From: Euryarchaeota archaeon UBA552
GTDB taxonomy: Archaea > Thermoplasmatota > Poseidoniia > Poseidoniales > Thalassarchaeaceae
Assembly: GCA_002499585.1 (NCBI GenBank)
Contig: DAMH01000011.1
Coordinates: forward strand, 15,195-79,194
DNA: 64,000 nt
Direction of reading: 5' to 3'
Shown here piece after piece: positions 30,069 to 41,200 of this stretch (within the stretch, counting starts at the first letter, position 1; every line of letters begins with the position of its first letter). Both the position numbers and the translations under genes were made by a program. The notes under the pieces were generated by a model. The model saw nothing but the letters and a program-made list of their open reading frames with translations, did not search any database and was not told where the DNA came from.

Positions 30069-31039
30069 ACATGTTCGGCCGTGTGATTATGGCGTTCATG
30101 CCCATCACTCCTCGGGCCCTCGTCAGATTCTTTGCGCGCAGGTACGTTGCGGGGACTGAACTAAAAGATGCTTTGAAAGTAATGAGCGAACTGTCCTCTG
30201 AGAACACATCGTTCACTGTTGACGTTCTGGGCGAGGACATATCCTCGATCGATGAGACAGAAAAATTTGTCAGGGAATACACCGACTTAATTTCAGCCAT
30301 ATCCAAATCAGAAATAGACGCGCATGTCTCACTGAAACCCACTGCGTTCGGACTGGATATTGACTACGCCTTAGCAATAGAAAAATTATCTGAAATAGTA
30401 GAGATGGCAAACAAATCTGAGATATTCGTCCGGTTAGACATGGAGGACAGCAAACTAACTGAGCTCACTTTGAAAGCCACGGAGGATCTGTATAAAAAGG
30501 GGCATAACAACATCGGCGTGGTTCTTCAAGGTAGGATGTTCCGGACACCAGACGACCTCCGGAGAATCTCAAAGTCGATGGGCAAGGACGCAGATGTGAG
30601 AATTTGCAAAGGCATCTACTTAGAACCCCCCGACATAGCTCACACCAAGTATCAGGATATCGTAGATGCGACCGCTGAAGCAATTTCGTCTGCATTGGAC
30701 CTCGGAATGTACGTTGGCATCGCAAGCCACGATATCCCTGTCATCGAAGCATCTCTAACCGAACTCCAGAACAGGGGCTTTCTACCGGACTTTCAAGACC
30801 CACGAGACCCTGTTCCCACCAAAAGGAATGGAAAGGGAAATGGTTACGAATTCCAGTTTCTACTAGGGGTGAGGGGCGATGTCAGGAGACGGCTGGCCTC
30901 AGAGGGCCATCTTACCCGTGTTTACCTCCCATACGGTAAGCAATGGTACGAATACAGCATGAGAAGGCTCAGAGAAAACCCCGGTGTGGCGTGGCACGTG
31001 GCAAAATCAGTCATATTCCCGTGGACCAACAGAAGATAG
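30065..31039 (+). CDS. Monofunctional proline dehydrogenase
   Basis: RRYVAG, DVLGE, SLKPT, RLDMED, RICKGIY.EP, IASHD, EFQFLLGVR, RVYLPYG..WY.Y.MRRLRE. Confidence 0.92.
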   Translation: MNMFGRVIMAFMPITPRALVRFFARRYVAGTELKDALKVMSELSSENTSFTVDVLGEDISSIDETEKFVREYTDLISAISKSEIDAHVSLKPTAFGLDIDYALAIEKLSEIVEMANKSEIFVRLDMEDSKLTELTLKATEDLYKKGHNNIGVVLQGRMFRTPDDLRRISKSMGKDADVRICKGIYLEPPDIAHTKYQDIVDATAEAISSALDLGMYVGIASHDIPVIEASLTELQNRGFLPDFQDPRDPVPTKRNGKGNGYEFQFLLGVRGDVRRRLASEGHLTRVYLPYGKQWYEYSMRRLRENPGVAWHVAKSVIFPWTNRR

Positions 31040-31040
31040 A

Positions 31041-31631
31041 TCATTGGGCATGAAGGTACATCCGTCGAATATCCTCTGCGGCTCTGCGGCCTCCTAATGT
31101 GCGTCCCTTGCCTGTGTGAATAGCCCTGATCATCCAGACTCTCCCCTCCACTTCGATCAAACTCTCACATTGGAATATCGTGTCCGGAGTACATTCTATC
31201 GACGAAGACGTGCTGTGTTCCCCGTCAGTGAGTGTAAGGGGGATGATGACCCTGTCGACTCTCGTCGCCCAGCCCCTCTTGATTTCGTGAGCCAGCATGC
31301 TCCTCTTGGCCCTGCCGGCTTCGTCCTCGATCCGCGTCACTTCCCAATGAGAATCAATGTGTTCGAATTTGTCCCCTAGGCCAATGACCTCATCATCATC
31401 GGATTCGATTTCCTCAAAAAAAGAAATCTTGCCGTCGGAAAGTGTCATGGGGATTCTAACTATCTTGTTTGGTCGAATTTCCGCCGTACAAACATTACCG
31501 CAAAGCCCACATTTCAGCAGTAGGTCATATCCATCCCCAACTTTCTTCTCTCTGAGGACTGTGTGGTCTTCCTCCTCATCGCAGATAGAGCAGAATAACA
31601 CTCTCTTGTCGGAATCACCCTCACGTGACAT
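31041..31631 (-). CDS. HVO_0476-family Zn-finger protein
   Basis: CSIC...HTVL...KCGLCG knuckle then two related beta units (IPMTLSDG.. / IPLTLTDG..). Confidence 0.7.
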   Translation of the reverse strand: MSREGDSDKRVLFCSICDEEEDHTVLREKKVGDGYDLLLKCGLCGNVCTAEIRPNKIVRIPMTLSDGKISFFEEIESDDDEVIGLGDKFEHIDSHWEVTRIEDEAGRAKRSMLAHEIKRGWATRVDRVIIPLTLTDGEHSTSSSIECTPDTIFQCESLIEVEGRVWMIRAIHTGKGRTLGGRRAAEDIRRMYLHAQ

Positions 31632-31736
31632 TCTTCTTCAGGGCACGGCTTCCTTTTTTCAAGTCGATGGAAAGGCATTGTTGATATCCCAGCCCGTTTT
31701 TCAAGTATCGTGGACGTTGGTGGTGGCATGCTCCCC

Positions 31737-32480
31737 ATGAGGGGGGAGGGCGATATGCTTCTTGCATTAGTTGCGGCCGATGAGGCCCTCGATTCAGGGG
31801 AGCCTGAGATAGCAGCCAACATTGGCCAACAGATGCTTCACATGGACCTCACTATACTTCCGAGGTCTGTCAGAACACGGATCAGGGACATCTCGGCCAG
31901 AATCAAACCAGAAAATGCCATTCTTGTGGGTGGCGGCATAGGACACATGTCGGCATGGCTCCTTGATGTCTGGACCTCAGAAAATCAGCATCGCCCGTCC
32001 TCCTTCAGAATAGTAGAGGAGGGGGGCAAGTTCGGAGTGATACTTGACAGATTGATCCGCAGGTATGATGCGGTATCTTGGACCTCTGTAATTTCCACTC
32101 CATGGACTGAGGTGGTCGCAGAGACCTCGGCATGGAATGCAGCATCAGCGACAAATGAAGTCCCATCCATCAGCAAAGCACCACTTCCGTCACCAACCGG
32201 ATTGGTGGTAATAGACGTGCCTGAAATACAACGGCCTGCCTTTTTGAGGTCCGCACTGGACATTATACAGGAGGATGGCGTCATCCTGATTCTGGAACCC
32301 GAAGTCCCGACTGGCGATGTAGGCGATTTCGAGCCAGGCAATCCTCAGACTGAAGCTCAGAGGCGTGTGGATGCATTTAATTCTTGGATGGCTGTAATCC
32401 GGGAAGCTGGTGCGCGCGGTTTCAAGTCTGCCTTCGTCGAGCTGTCGGGCGCCACGCTGGTTGTTCTTGTCGGCGCATAA
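31737..32480 (+). CDS. Divergent SAM-dependent methyltransferase-fold protein
   Basis: ILVGGGIGHMSAWL resembles motif I, followed by IVEE and VVID; start uncertain (31710-31755). Confidence 0.5.
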   Translation: MRGEGDMLLALVAADEALDSGEPEIAANIGQQMLHMDLTILPRSVRTRIRDISARIKPENAILVGGGIGHMSAWLLDVWTSENQHRPSSFRIVEEGGKFGVILDRLIRRYDAVSWTSVISTPWTEVVAETSAWNAASATNEVPSISKAPLPSPTGLVVIDVPEIQRPAFLRSALDIIQEDGVILILEPEVPTGDVGDFEPGNPQTEAQRRVDAFNSWMAVIREAGARGFKSAFVELSGATLVVLVGA

Positions 32481-33700
32481 TCCAACAAAGCCCCTGATAG
32501 TGATTCCGAGGATACTTTTGTTGTGGGCTGATAGAGTACTAAACCAGGGGCATGTAGGATTCCGTATCCAAAACGGTCGTCATGACTTGTCTGGCCTTCA
32601 TTTTTTATTGATGAATCAGCAATCCTATCCTTCATCTCTTCGATTTTCGTTCTGTCACCGTATCGTGCTAGGTCGGGCTCTCCTTGTATTGCTAGGGCGA
32701 TAACCCCCGAGACCCAAGCAGTTGCTGCTGAGGTCCCGCTGGAATAACCATACCAACTCCCGCTGTTGCTCAATAAGACGGGTACTTCAGAGGCAGGGGC
32801 TATCACTTCGGGTTTCTTGTCAGGATCCTGTCTTGGTAAAATTGGGTTTGGCCAGATCCTTCCGTTGTTGTCCCCTCTTGAGCTGCCGGACCAAACATCT
32901 CCGTTGCGGTTCACCCCTCCGACGCAAATAACATCCGAAACAGACCCTGGTGAGGCCACATCACCATCGTCATCCGCCCCGTCATTACCTGCAGCAGCCA
33001 CAACAAAAACTCCTTGATCGAGCGCATCCTCCACCGCAGATTCCAATACGTCCAAGGTTATACCAATAAGACCGGGCCCCTGGTCGCCTCCGAGACTGAG
33101 GGATATTATGTCAGCCCCCTGATCAACACACCACTCTACTGACTGAGCGATACCTTCGTCAGTACCGACACCACTTTTATCGATACCCTTTGCTATGAAC
33201 AGGTCTGCGCCTTTGGATATCCCCCCGATGCCCTCCCTTGATGAAATGATCCCGGCCATCGCAGTACCGTGGCCTTGGTCGTCGTATGGCAATGACTCAC
33301 CGTTTACAGCGTCGAACCACCCAGCTATTGTGACGCCCCTCATTCCAGGGTGACTAGGATTTATGCCTGAATCAACGACGCATATTGCCACGCCTGTACC
33401 ATCTAAATCTGAGGGTATCTCGTCTAAGCCCGTCATTCGTTCGTAATCATCCTGCCATGCCACCAGAGTAGGGGGCGGCCCACCAAATATGACTCCATCC
33501 TCATCGAGGAGCCACAGAGCCAAGATCGAGATTGATAACGCAGTTATTAGGGTTGAAACTGCTGTTATCACATAAGGTAGAGCAGATGAAATCACCTTCC
33601 TCTTTTCTGTATCTGAAAAATCGGATATTCGGGAAGTATCAACTTCTGGGAGGCTTTCGTTATCCACCTGCAACACTCCAAGAAGCCATGATGTCACCAA
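32357..33700 (-). CDS. Membrane-anchored S8 (subtilisin-like) serine protease
   Basis: Triad VVDSG / GHGTAMAG / SGTSAAT, oxyanion AAGND; N-terminal TM. Confidence 0.9.
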   Translation of the reverse strand: MVTSWLLGVLQVDNESLPEVDTSRISDFSDTEKRKVISSALPYVITAVSTLITALSISILALWLLDEDGVIFGGPPPTLVAWQDDYERMTGLDEIPSDLDGTGVAICVVDSGINPSHPGMRGVTIAGWFDAVNGESLPYDDQGHGTAMAGIISSREGIGGISKGADLFIAKGIDKSGVGTDEGIAQSVEWCVDQGADIISLSLGGDQGPGLIGITLDVLESAVEDALDQGVFVVAAAGNDGADDDGDVASPGSVSDVICVGGVNRNGDVWSGSSRGDNNGRIWPNPILPRQDPDKKPEVIAPASEVPVLLSNSGSWYGYSSGTSAATAWVSGVIALAIQGEPDLARYGDRTKIEEMKDRIADSSIKNEGQTSHDDRFGYGILHAPGLVLYQPTTKVSSESLSGALLDYAPTRTTSVAPDSSTKADLKPRAPASRITAIQELNASTRL

Positions 33701-34875
33701 AGTTCCCCTTCGGTATAAAAATGGGTTTCAACGTGTGATTTAGTTCCACATGAACCACAAGCAATCACAGCATTGAGATTCTCGGAACAGATGGGGCATG
33801 CAGATCCAATCTCGCCCCTGCCTTCGCATTCTTCTGAAAGACAAACGACGGATACAACCCCTTCTTCATCACGAAGAGCGGCGCTGGAGACTCCGCAGTT
33901 TGGACACTTGCCGACCTCAGCGACCCTATCTGACGTATCTTGCCCCTCAGATAGTATTCTAGCCAGCCTAGATTGAATCCCGCCGCTGGAATTTCCCATC
34001 ATGAATTGAGGGTACCACGCGACATGAATCAAGAACAAGAATGCTAGGGTTCCCGTAGCGATGTGCATTATCACGATGCCTCCAAGATCGCCGGCAATGG
34101 GAGGGGGCCTCGCAATTGAATGTGCACCTGCCCAGGCACTTAGATTCAAGAATATCAGCCATAGAACCAGCGAAAAATTCCACAATAACAGACTGTGGTC
34201 TTCTTTCGCTGCTCTCATTTTCCGGGGATCTGGGTGCATGTGCATAACATCCACGTGAAAATCTCTAGTCTCCATAACAGACCTGCGAACGACCCCTATG
34301 GCTATGAAGAGCATAATCAGATTGGAAACCGTGAAACCAACCCATGAGGTGATACCCGATCCAAATGGGAAATAGGGGTCGCTGGCGTGACTTGCGATCT
34401 GTCCGTATTCGACTGTCAATATCCCAAATACGAGGTAAATCATATTCTCTCTCATTAGTGGAAATATCGCCATCAACAGGAGGTACGAGGCCATGGTTAT
34501 GATCAAAGACAGAAACGAAAGTATCAACGCCCCACCTGAAACATGAAGAAATCCGCTTTCAGAACCGAAGATACCTCCTCTGTTGTAGTCACCACCGCTG
34601 GATAATTCTCCGCTGCCAAGATCCCACGAACCTAATATCAGACCAATCACGGCAAGCAAGAATGGGGCCATGTGGGTGAATCCAAGGGATGATCGAGCGG
34701 ATCTGTAATTGAACAAAACCTGCCTAGTCAGCTTGTCGAGAGTGGACAAATATGGAAACTTCTCGCCAAAGTTTGTTGGAGGACTGACATCTGTCAGCCT
34801 TGTGTTCACATCGGCACCATGTCTCTGCACCCCCTCCTTGGCGGTCGAAGATTGAACTGCCCTAGACTCCTTCAT
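33694..34875 (-). CDS. Multi-pass membrane protein with C-terminal double Zn ribbon
   Basis: About 6 hydrophobic segments; CPNC, CLSEEC, CPIC, CGSC; stop overlaps the S8 protease start. Confidence 0.75.
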   Translation of the reverse strand: MKESRAVQSSTAKEGVQRHGADVNTRLTDVSPPTNFGEKFPYLSTLDKLTRQVLFNYRSARSSLGFTHMAPFLLAVIGLILGSWDLGSGELSSGGDYNRGGIFGSESGFLHVSGGALILSFLSLIITMASYLLLMAIFPLMRENMIYLVFGILTVEYGQIASHASDPYFPFGSGITSWVGFTVSNLIMLFIAIGVVRRSVMETRDFHVDVMHMHPDPRKMRAAKEDHSLLLWNFSLVLWLIFLNLSAWAGAHSIARPPPIAGDLGGIVIMHIATGTLAFLFLIHVAWYPQFMMGNSSGGIQSRLARILSEGQDTSDRVAEVGKCPNCGVSSAALRDEEGVVSVVCLSEECEGRGEIGSACPICSENLNAVIACGSCGTKSHVETHFYTEGELW

Positions 34876-34939
34876 CGTTCGTCTGTGGAAACACCACCAT
34901 TTGGAAATATTGTATGTAGGACAGTCTTGGGAGGAGTTT

Positions 34940-35025
34940 TGGCGCCGAGACGGAGATTTGAACTCCGGAGGGAAAATCCCACATGATTTCCAGTCATGCG
35001 CAATACCAGGCTATGCGACCTCGGC
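34940..35025 (-). tRNA. tRNA-Ser(GGA)
   Basis: Minus strand GCCGAGG...TCTCGGC-G-CCA; anticodon arm CATGA-CTGGAAA-TCATG; long variable arm GGGA-TTT-TCCC. Confidence 0.95.
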
Positions 35026-35123
35026 AGACGGACGATGCGAATCTGTGTTGAGGTTTGAGTGTGTTGATAGAACATACTCCTCAACGCAGCGATTAAATCA
35101 ACCTCACGAGCCCATTACTCAGC

Positions 35124-35198
35124 GCCACTGTGGCTTAGGGGTATAGCGTCGCCTTGGTAAGGCGAAGGTCGGGGGTTCAATTCCCCCCAGTGGCTCCA
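35124..35198 (+). tRNA. tRNA-Thr(GGT)
   Basis: GCCACTG...CAGTGGC-T-CCA; anticodon arm TCGCC-TTGGTAA-GGCGA; GGGGGTTCAATTCCCCC T-arm. Confidence 0.95.
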
Positions 35199-35252
35199 AA
35201 AAAAAACCAATTCATTCGTAGGATTCATATTCCTATCACTCCTCTTCACCTC

Positions 35253-38200
35253 ATGTCCTACGCCAAGGCCAGACGCGCCATCATCATGACAGCCCTCATG
35301 CTTCTGCTACCCACGACCCAGGCTAATGTCGCAGACTGGAGGGGGCCAGACGTGGTGAAGCCCGGTCCTGATGGCTCGGAATTTACCGCCTTCAGAGTCC
35401 CAACAAATGCAACGATCGTTGACAGCTGGGTTGAGATCTCAAATGACGACACCGCCCAGTCCTCTGCTGATTTGCTCTCATGGTCGATCGAAGATGGATT
35501 GAGGTCTGGCATTCGGAGTGGAACCTCTTTCAGCTCATCTGGGGAGCTAATTCTGACAGATGACTTCACAGTCTCAATAGTTGATGATTTCGATGAAGGT
35601 AACTTCACAATAGAAATGCCAAATGGATATTACCATTCTCCGGGGGTGCTCAGTGTTTACAACATACAAGAAAGCACTGCGAACCCGAATTGTAACAACT
35701 TGTCCTCGATAACTGTATCACAAGGACACGACTTTGACGATGATGGCTATTTGGACGGCCAGGAGACAACCTCCTCCGTTGAATATTGCCCCTCCTCTGG
35801 ACTGGACACCAGCATAACCTCCCTCAACATAACCGCGGGCGGAACCGGATATGGGAACGGTAACCTCACAGCAACTGGCGGCGGAGGTTCTGGATTCGCA
35901 GGTACTTACATCTCCGGCAGAGAAATCGCTTCAGCAACCTTGAATGCCGGCGGTTCAGGCTACACCAGTGGGACCGTTTTCAATGTGGAGTGCGGCAGAG
36001 ACTGTACTGGATCCGGTGCGACCGTGACAGCTACCTCGGTAGATGCAAATGGGGCCATAACTGGCATATCACTGACAAACAGCGGTTCAAACTACACAAC
36101 CGAACATGTACTGACCCTAGTAAACACCGGTGCCTCTGGGAGGTTGGCGGACATATCCGTGACTCTCAACAGTACAGGGGAAATAGTCTCCGCGGACATA
36201 ACCTCCCTGGGGACTGACTACACCAGCCCCCCTTCAATCGTCATCAGCGGCACAGGCAGTGGCGCTGTCATAACCCCCGGGCTCGGCGGATTCTTCAATT
36301 GGTTGGCTGAGCCCCATCCAGACTCCGCCACCAACGCTTCTTGTCCAGAAGGCGGACACGTCATCGATCTAGGTCAAGATCTAGACAATGACAATGAGTT
36401 AGATCCCACTGAAATAACCCAAAACCTAACCCTCTGCCACAATCCAGACATCGACTATTGGTCGTCGGTATTGGCAGAGAGCATAGATGGAGATGTGTAT
36501 CTGGACCAGAAGAACCTGACTCACGGAGTCGTGCCCGCAAAGGCGGCGGAGGGCAAGGTAATGGCCGCAACCCTGCCCGGAACAGCCGTTCCTGCAGGCA
36601 CGGACACATCCCTCTTCCTTCCCCCGATGGAGGTTCCGGCTGACGACCTCCAGATCGGTTACACGCTATCATTCCAACACTGGTATCACGTAGACAGCAC
36701 CTCAAACGGAGGAGGAGATGGCGCCTGGGTTGAATACAGGCTCATGAACGGCACTTGGGGCAACTGGTCTTACATCGAACCAACCGGGGGATATCCGAGC
36801 ACACTTTCACCAGATGGCCCATCCGTCGATGGGCAACCTGCAGGAAATCTTCCAGTGTTCGCTTCGGAAACCCACAGCGGATGGGTATCGAACGACATAG
36901 ACCTGACTACGATACCCCAGATACAGGATTCTGACGAGATCCAGTTCAGATTCAGACTTTGGACCCATCCTTCCGCTCAGAATCTCAGGCCCGGGTGGTA
37001 TCTGGATAACATCTCCTACCAGAACGTTGGAGGAACAGATGGCGGGTGGCTCCACGGGTGCGCTTCCCCTGCCGGCACAACATGCCTGTACAGCAACTAT
37101 GCATACGGCGCGCTCCAAACCCAGTTCAGCACTCAGGGTACGAATTCGGCTTCAATCGTCAGGGTGCATCTTGAATATGACCTAGAGGGCTCCTCATTCG
37201 ATAATTTCTGTGTCGAAATGTCCTCGAACAACATAACATGGACAGACATTTCGTCTGCGACTTCCGCGACTACTCAAAATTGTGAGGACAGGTCCGGTGC
37301 AATACCCGGATCCACGGGCGATCAGAGCGGTGGCCTAATCATACAAGATTACCCCCTCCCGTCCCAATTCACCAACCAGGCGAACGTACATTTGCGCTTT
37401 ATAGTAGATACAGATGGATCGGTAGGCTACGGAACTCCACAGGATAACTTCGAGGGCCTCTTCATCACCGACGTGTCACTCGTCACACCAGGGACTTCAG
37501 TACATTGGTCCGACGATCTAGGGTCCTCGACCACATTCTTCCATTACGCGGCAACACCTCCCAGCACATCGTTTGGAGGGCCCACCGATGACTGGAATCA
37601 CATTCAGAGATTCGGCGGAGTGATAGATCAGGTACTAGGTTTCGAGAACTCCTTTGCTACGCCCCCTGAGTCTGAACACGCCTCAGGATGGAGCCACTCT
37701 GGAAGCACTGGCGGCACCACATGGGAATACGGGTTCCCAGGATCAAGCCTTACCCTGGAAGAGCCAAACAGCTTCCCATACCTATACGGCACGGACTTGA
37801 ACGGAGAATATCTGGACAATTGGAACGGATATCTCGAATCTCCGCAATATGACATCCCTACTTCAGGGGCCACCTTGCAATTCGCGAAGTGGGCCTGCAT
37901 GGATCAGTTCGATTCAGACGGAGCTGTTTTGCAATACAAGGTAAATAACGGAGGCTGGCAGTATTTCCAACCTTCAATACCAGGTTGGTATGACGGGGTG
38001 AAGACTTCATGGAACAATCCCTTCGGGACAAATGAAGTGTGGTTTAACGACGATTGTGGCCTTGATGAGATGTCCTTCAGGGAAGCCCCCCTGGACCAAT
38101 GGGGAGGAGAAACGATGACCTTCAGATTTTGGTTCCAATCAGACACATGTTGTCAAAGCTCAACATGGGCAAACGATGATTTCGAGGGATTCTACTTGGA

Positions 38201-41200
38201 CGACTTCGGGGTGCTCATTCCAAATTACAGTTCAAACGGATCATGGTTGAGCCCCGATATACAACTAACCAATCACGATTCCTTCAACCTTGGTTTCCTC
38301 GACATCGATGCTGAAATCCCAGAGGGCACCCGGGTACTTGCTTCGATAATCGATGCAACAACCATGATACCGGTCGACGGGTATCAGATGAGGTCCCTCC
38401 CGCTCTCAATGGCAGGAATAAACCCTGTTTCCAGTCCCTCAGTGAATGTCCAGCTACATTTGGAGACCGTTAACTCCAGCCTCACTCCTGTCATTAAATC
38501 AGTTAGATTAGACGGATTCAGAACCCTTTCGGCAGATTCTGGCGAAGGGAACGGATGGGAGTTCAGTCCAAGCTTGGTCATAGAAAATGGGGAGATCGTA
38601 ACCACAGGGATAGCAGGTGGGATCGATTCTGACTTCGTTACATCATCACGGCCGATCAAAGCAGTAACAGTGAGTGGAGACTATTCCGGAGTCACGCTCA
38701 GTTTCAAGGACGCAAATGGGGCAAACCTCGGACCGCCATCAGTTACTGGGGGATTGGTAGAATTCCCCTGGTCCCAGCCCGGCTTCAGAGTCGATATCTC
38801 CCTATCCCCGACCGGATACATAAATCAACTCAACATCTCTGCGAAATTTACCGAGCCCGCTAAGTCCCCAAGTTTGGACCTTGGGTCGGATGGCACCGAT
38901 GACTGGTTATTCCCGTTCGGAACCTCTTACGGACATCTGGGCTGGCAGTCGATGATCGATTCTGGTACTAGCACTAGAAGCACAAGCCTGGTGCTCGACC
39001 CATCAAACCCATCCACAGTACCTGTTATCGTCCCAGCGGGGTCATCGACCGATCCAAACCTTGATTCGACATCTTGGGTCGTATCGGGTTATCTTGCTGT
39101 GTCTCCGGTGGGAGCAGATACCCTGTTGTCTCCAGTTACGCTATCAATTGGGAGTGCATCGGTCACCACCTCCGGAACCGACGAGGGCCCAAAATACCTA
39201 CACCTCACCGGGCAGATGATTTCTGAGATAAACGCAGTTCAGACTTCTATCGAAGATACGGTTGGTAACAGGAACTGGAAGCTACTCGGATTCGAGGTAT
39301 CATCGTCGACTCAACAGGAGATTTCCATTAGCACCCTTGGGCTATCTTACTACCTCCACGAGAACTTTTCGTCTCTACAGGATATTGTTACGGCGTCAAT
39401 GGCTGCAATCCAGTCTAATTCATCCGACACGAACATTCCGTTTTCTGTTTCCTCCGACGGTGGGATGATTTCAGTCGGCGGGGGCGCGTACTATGATTAC
39501 ATTACCACCAACTATCCATTTACGCCTCCCAACACATTTGTTCCGAGAGGCGATCATTACACGCTCTACACTGAGCACAGCCACCTCTATGATAACGGAT
39601 TGATCTCCTCAATCAGGCTTGTTGGAACCACGGAGGAAGGAGATACTGCCATTTTCACGGCGACTACCGAGGGAGGCGACTGGAGCGATTCCGCTTCGAC
39701 TACTTTCCAACAATCTGGAAACGGAATCCCCGGAATTAGTCTTGTCGAGATTGAATCAAGCGTGGATGTTGTAACGGACGAAAGTGGGTCGGAAAGATTG
39801 AGAGCAAACTGGTCAATAGCTTCAACATGGGGGCCCGATGACGTTTCAACAATATCCTGGTCATCAAGTGCCGTAGACACTGACGGCCAGACGAGATGGA
39901 GTGCAGATTCTTCAAGTGGAGTCGGAGGCAGGTCGGCATATGAAAACGATCTTGAAATAGAGTCATTTACCGTCAGGAACCATCTTGGGAATTTGGTTTC
40001 GGATCAGTTTTCATCCATGTACCCCTTCCCTGTCGACCCCGGTAACAACCTGTTCATAGAAGGCTCTGTCAGGTTCGAGGGCTCTCCCGATCTGAGGCCC
40101 GATTCATCTGACTTCCTAGTGAGTGTCAACCTGTCTGGAACCTCCGTTGCAATGACATCCGGGGAAGATGGAAGTTTTTACGGGGAGTTGACGATTCCAC
40201 TTGGAACTCCGACTATCTCGCTTTCCCCTGTGATAGATTCCATAGGTCCGAATAATCAGATTGTTGGAGCATACGATCTCACAATCGACCATCCTGTCAT
40301 CAATGCGATCGTGGATCAGGATCCGCCCATCGCAGGCCCTATTCAGGTCCTTACGCCCCTCGGCTTCCAAAATGCTGCAGGGAAGATAGTCGGCCCAGAT
40401 GCACCCCTCACGGTTTACGTCACAGTCTCAGACACGGACGCCAGAGATTCTGATGTGACGCTGCGATATTGGCGATCTGGAGTGGATGATGCGAATATGG
40501 ATGGCATCCCCAGCCAAGATGAATACGAATCCATTACCGCACCACTAGCAATTGGCTTCTCAGGCGAGGAGCAAAAGGACTTCACCGGGATAGACCTCTC
40601 TGGAGTACCCTTCAATAGTCCCGTTTACATGTACATAGAAGGAACTGACTGGTCAGGACGAAGTTACCAAAGTGGAGGCACCGGCGGTGGCCCGGGAGTC
40701 GATGAGGCCTGGGCGACTCTGCTTGTAGCAGAAAACGTGGAGACTCAGATACTTGGTTCTGGTTTCGCTCTTGACAGGGCCTCTGGCTACCTCATGCCGG
40801 GCATAGAACACACATTCACGATGGTCATCGACGAGCCAAATGGAATCAGGACTTTGGACGGCATAGATTTGATGCTGTGCGATGACGGGCCAACTGGCTT
40901 GGGCAAGATGCACTGGAACCCCGCCGAGCAAATCCTCACTTCCCCGGATGATTCGTACTTGACTCTGACCGGTGCCCGGGCGACTCCCGTGCAATCAGAC
41001 TCGATCCTTTCTGTTGAGATGGATTTCATACTTGATTGGGACTTCCCATGGACTCCTGGGGACGCCCTGTGCAGCCCAAGAGTAATCATTACAGACGATC
41101 TACAGGTTGCTGCACAATCATCTTTGTTGACAACATTGTCATGGGAGTTGGACAACCAGCTGGAGGCGATTCCAAACTCGGCTTCGGACCTCACTCTGCC

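Noticed and set aside
35154-35252. N-terminal extension of the 2434-aa ORF
   Set aside because: Begins inside tRNA-Thr; the signal peptide starts at ATG 35253.
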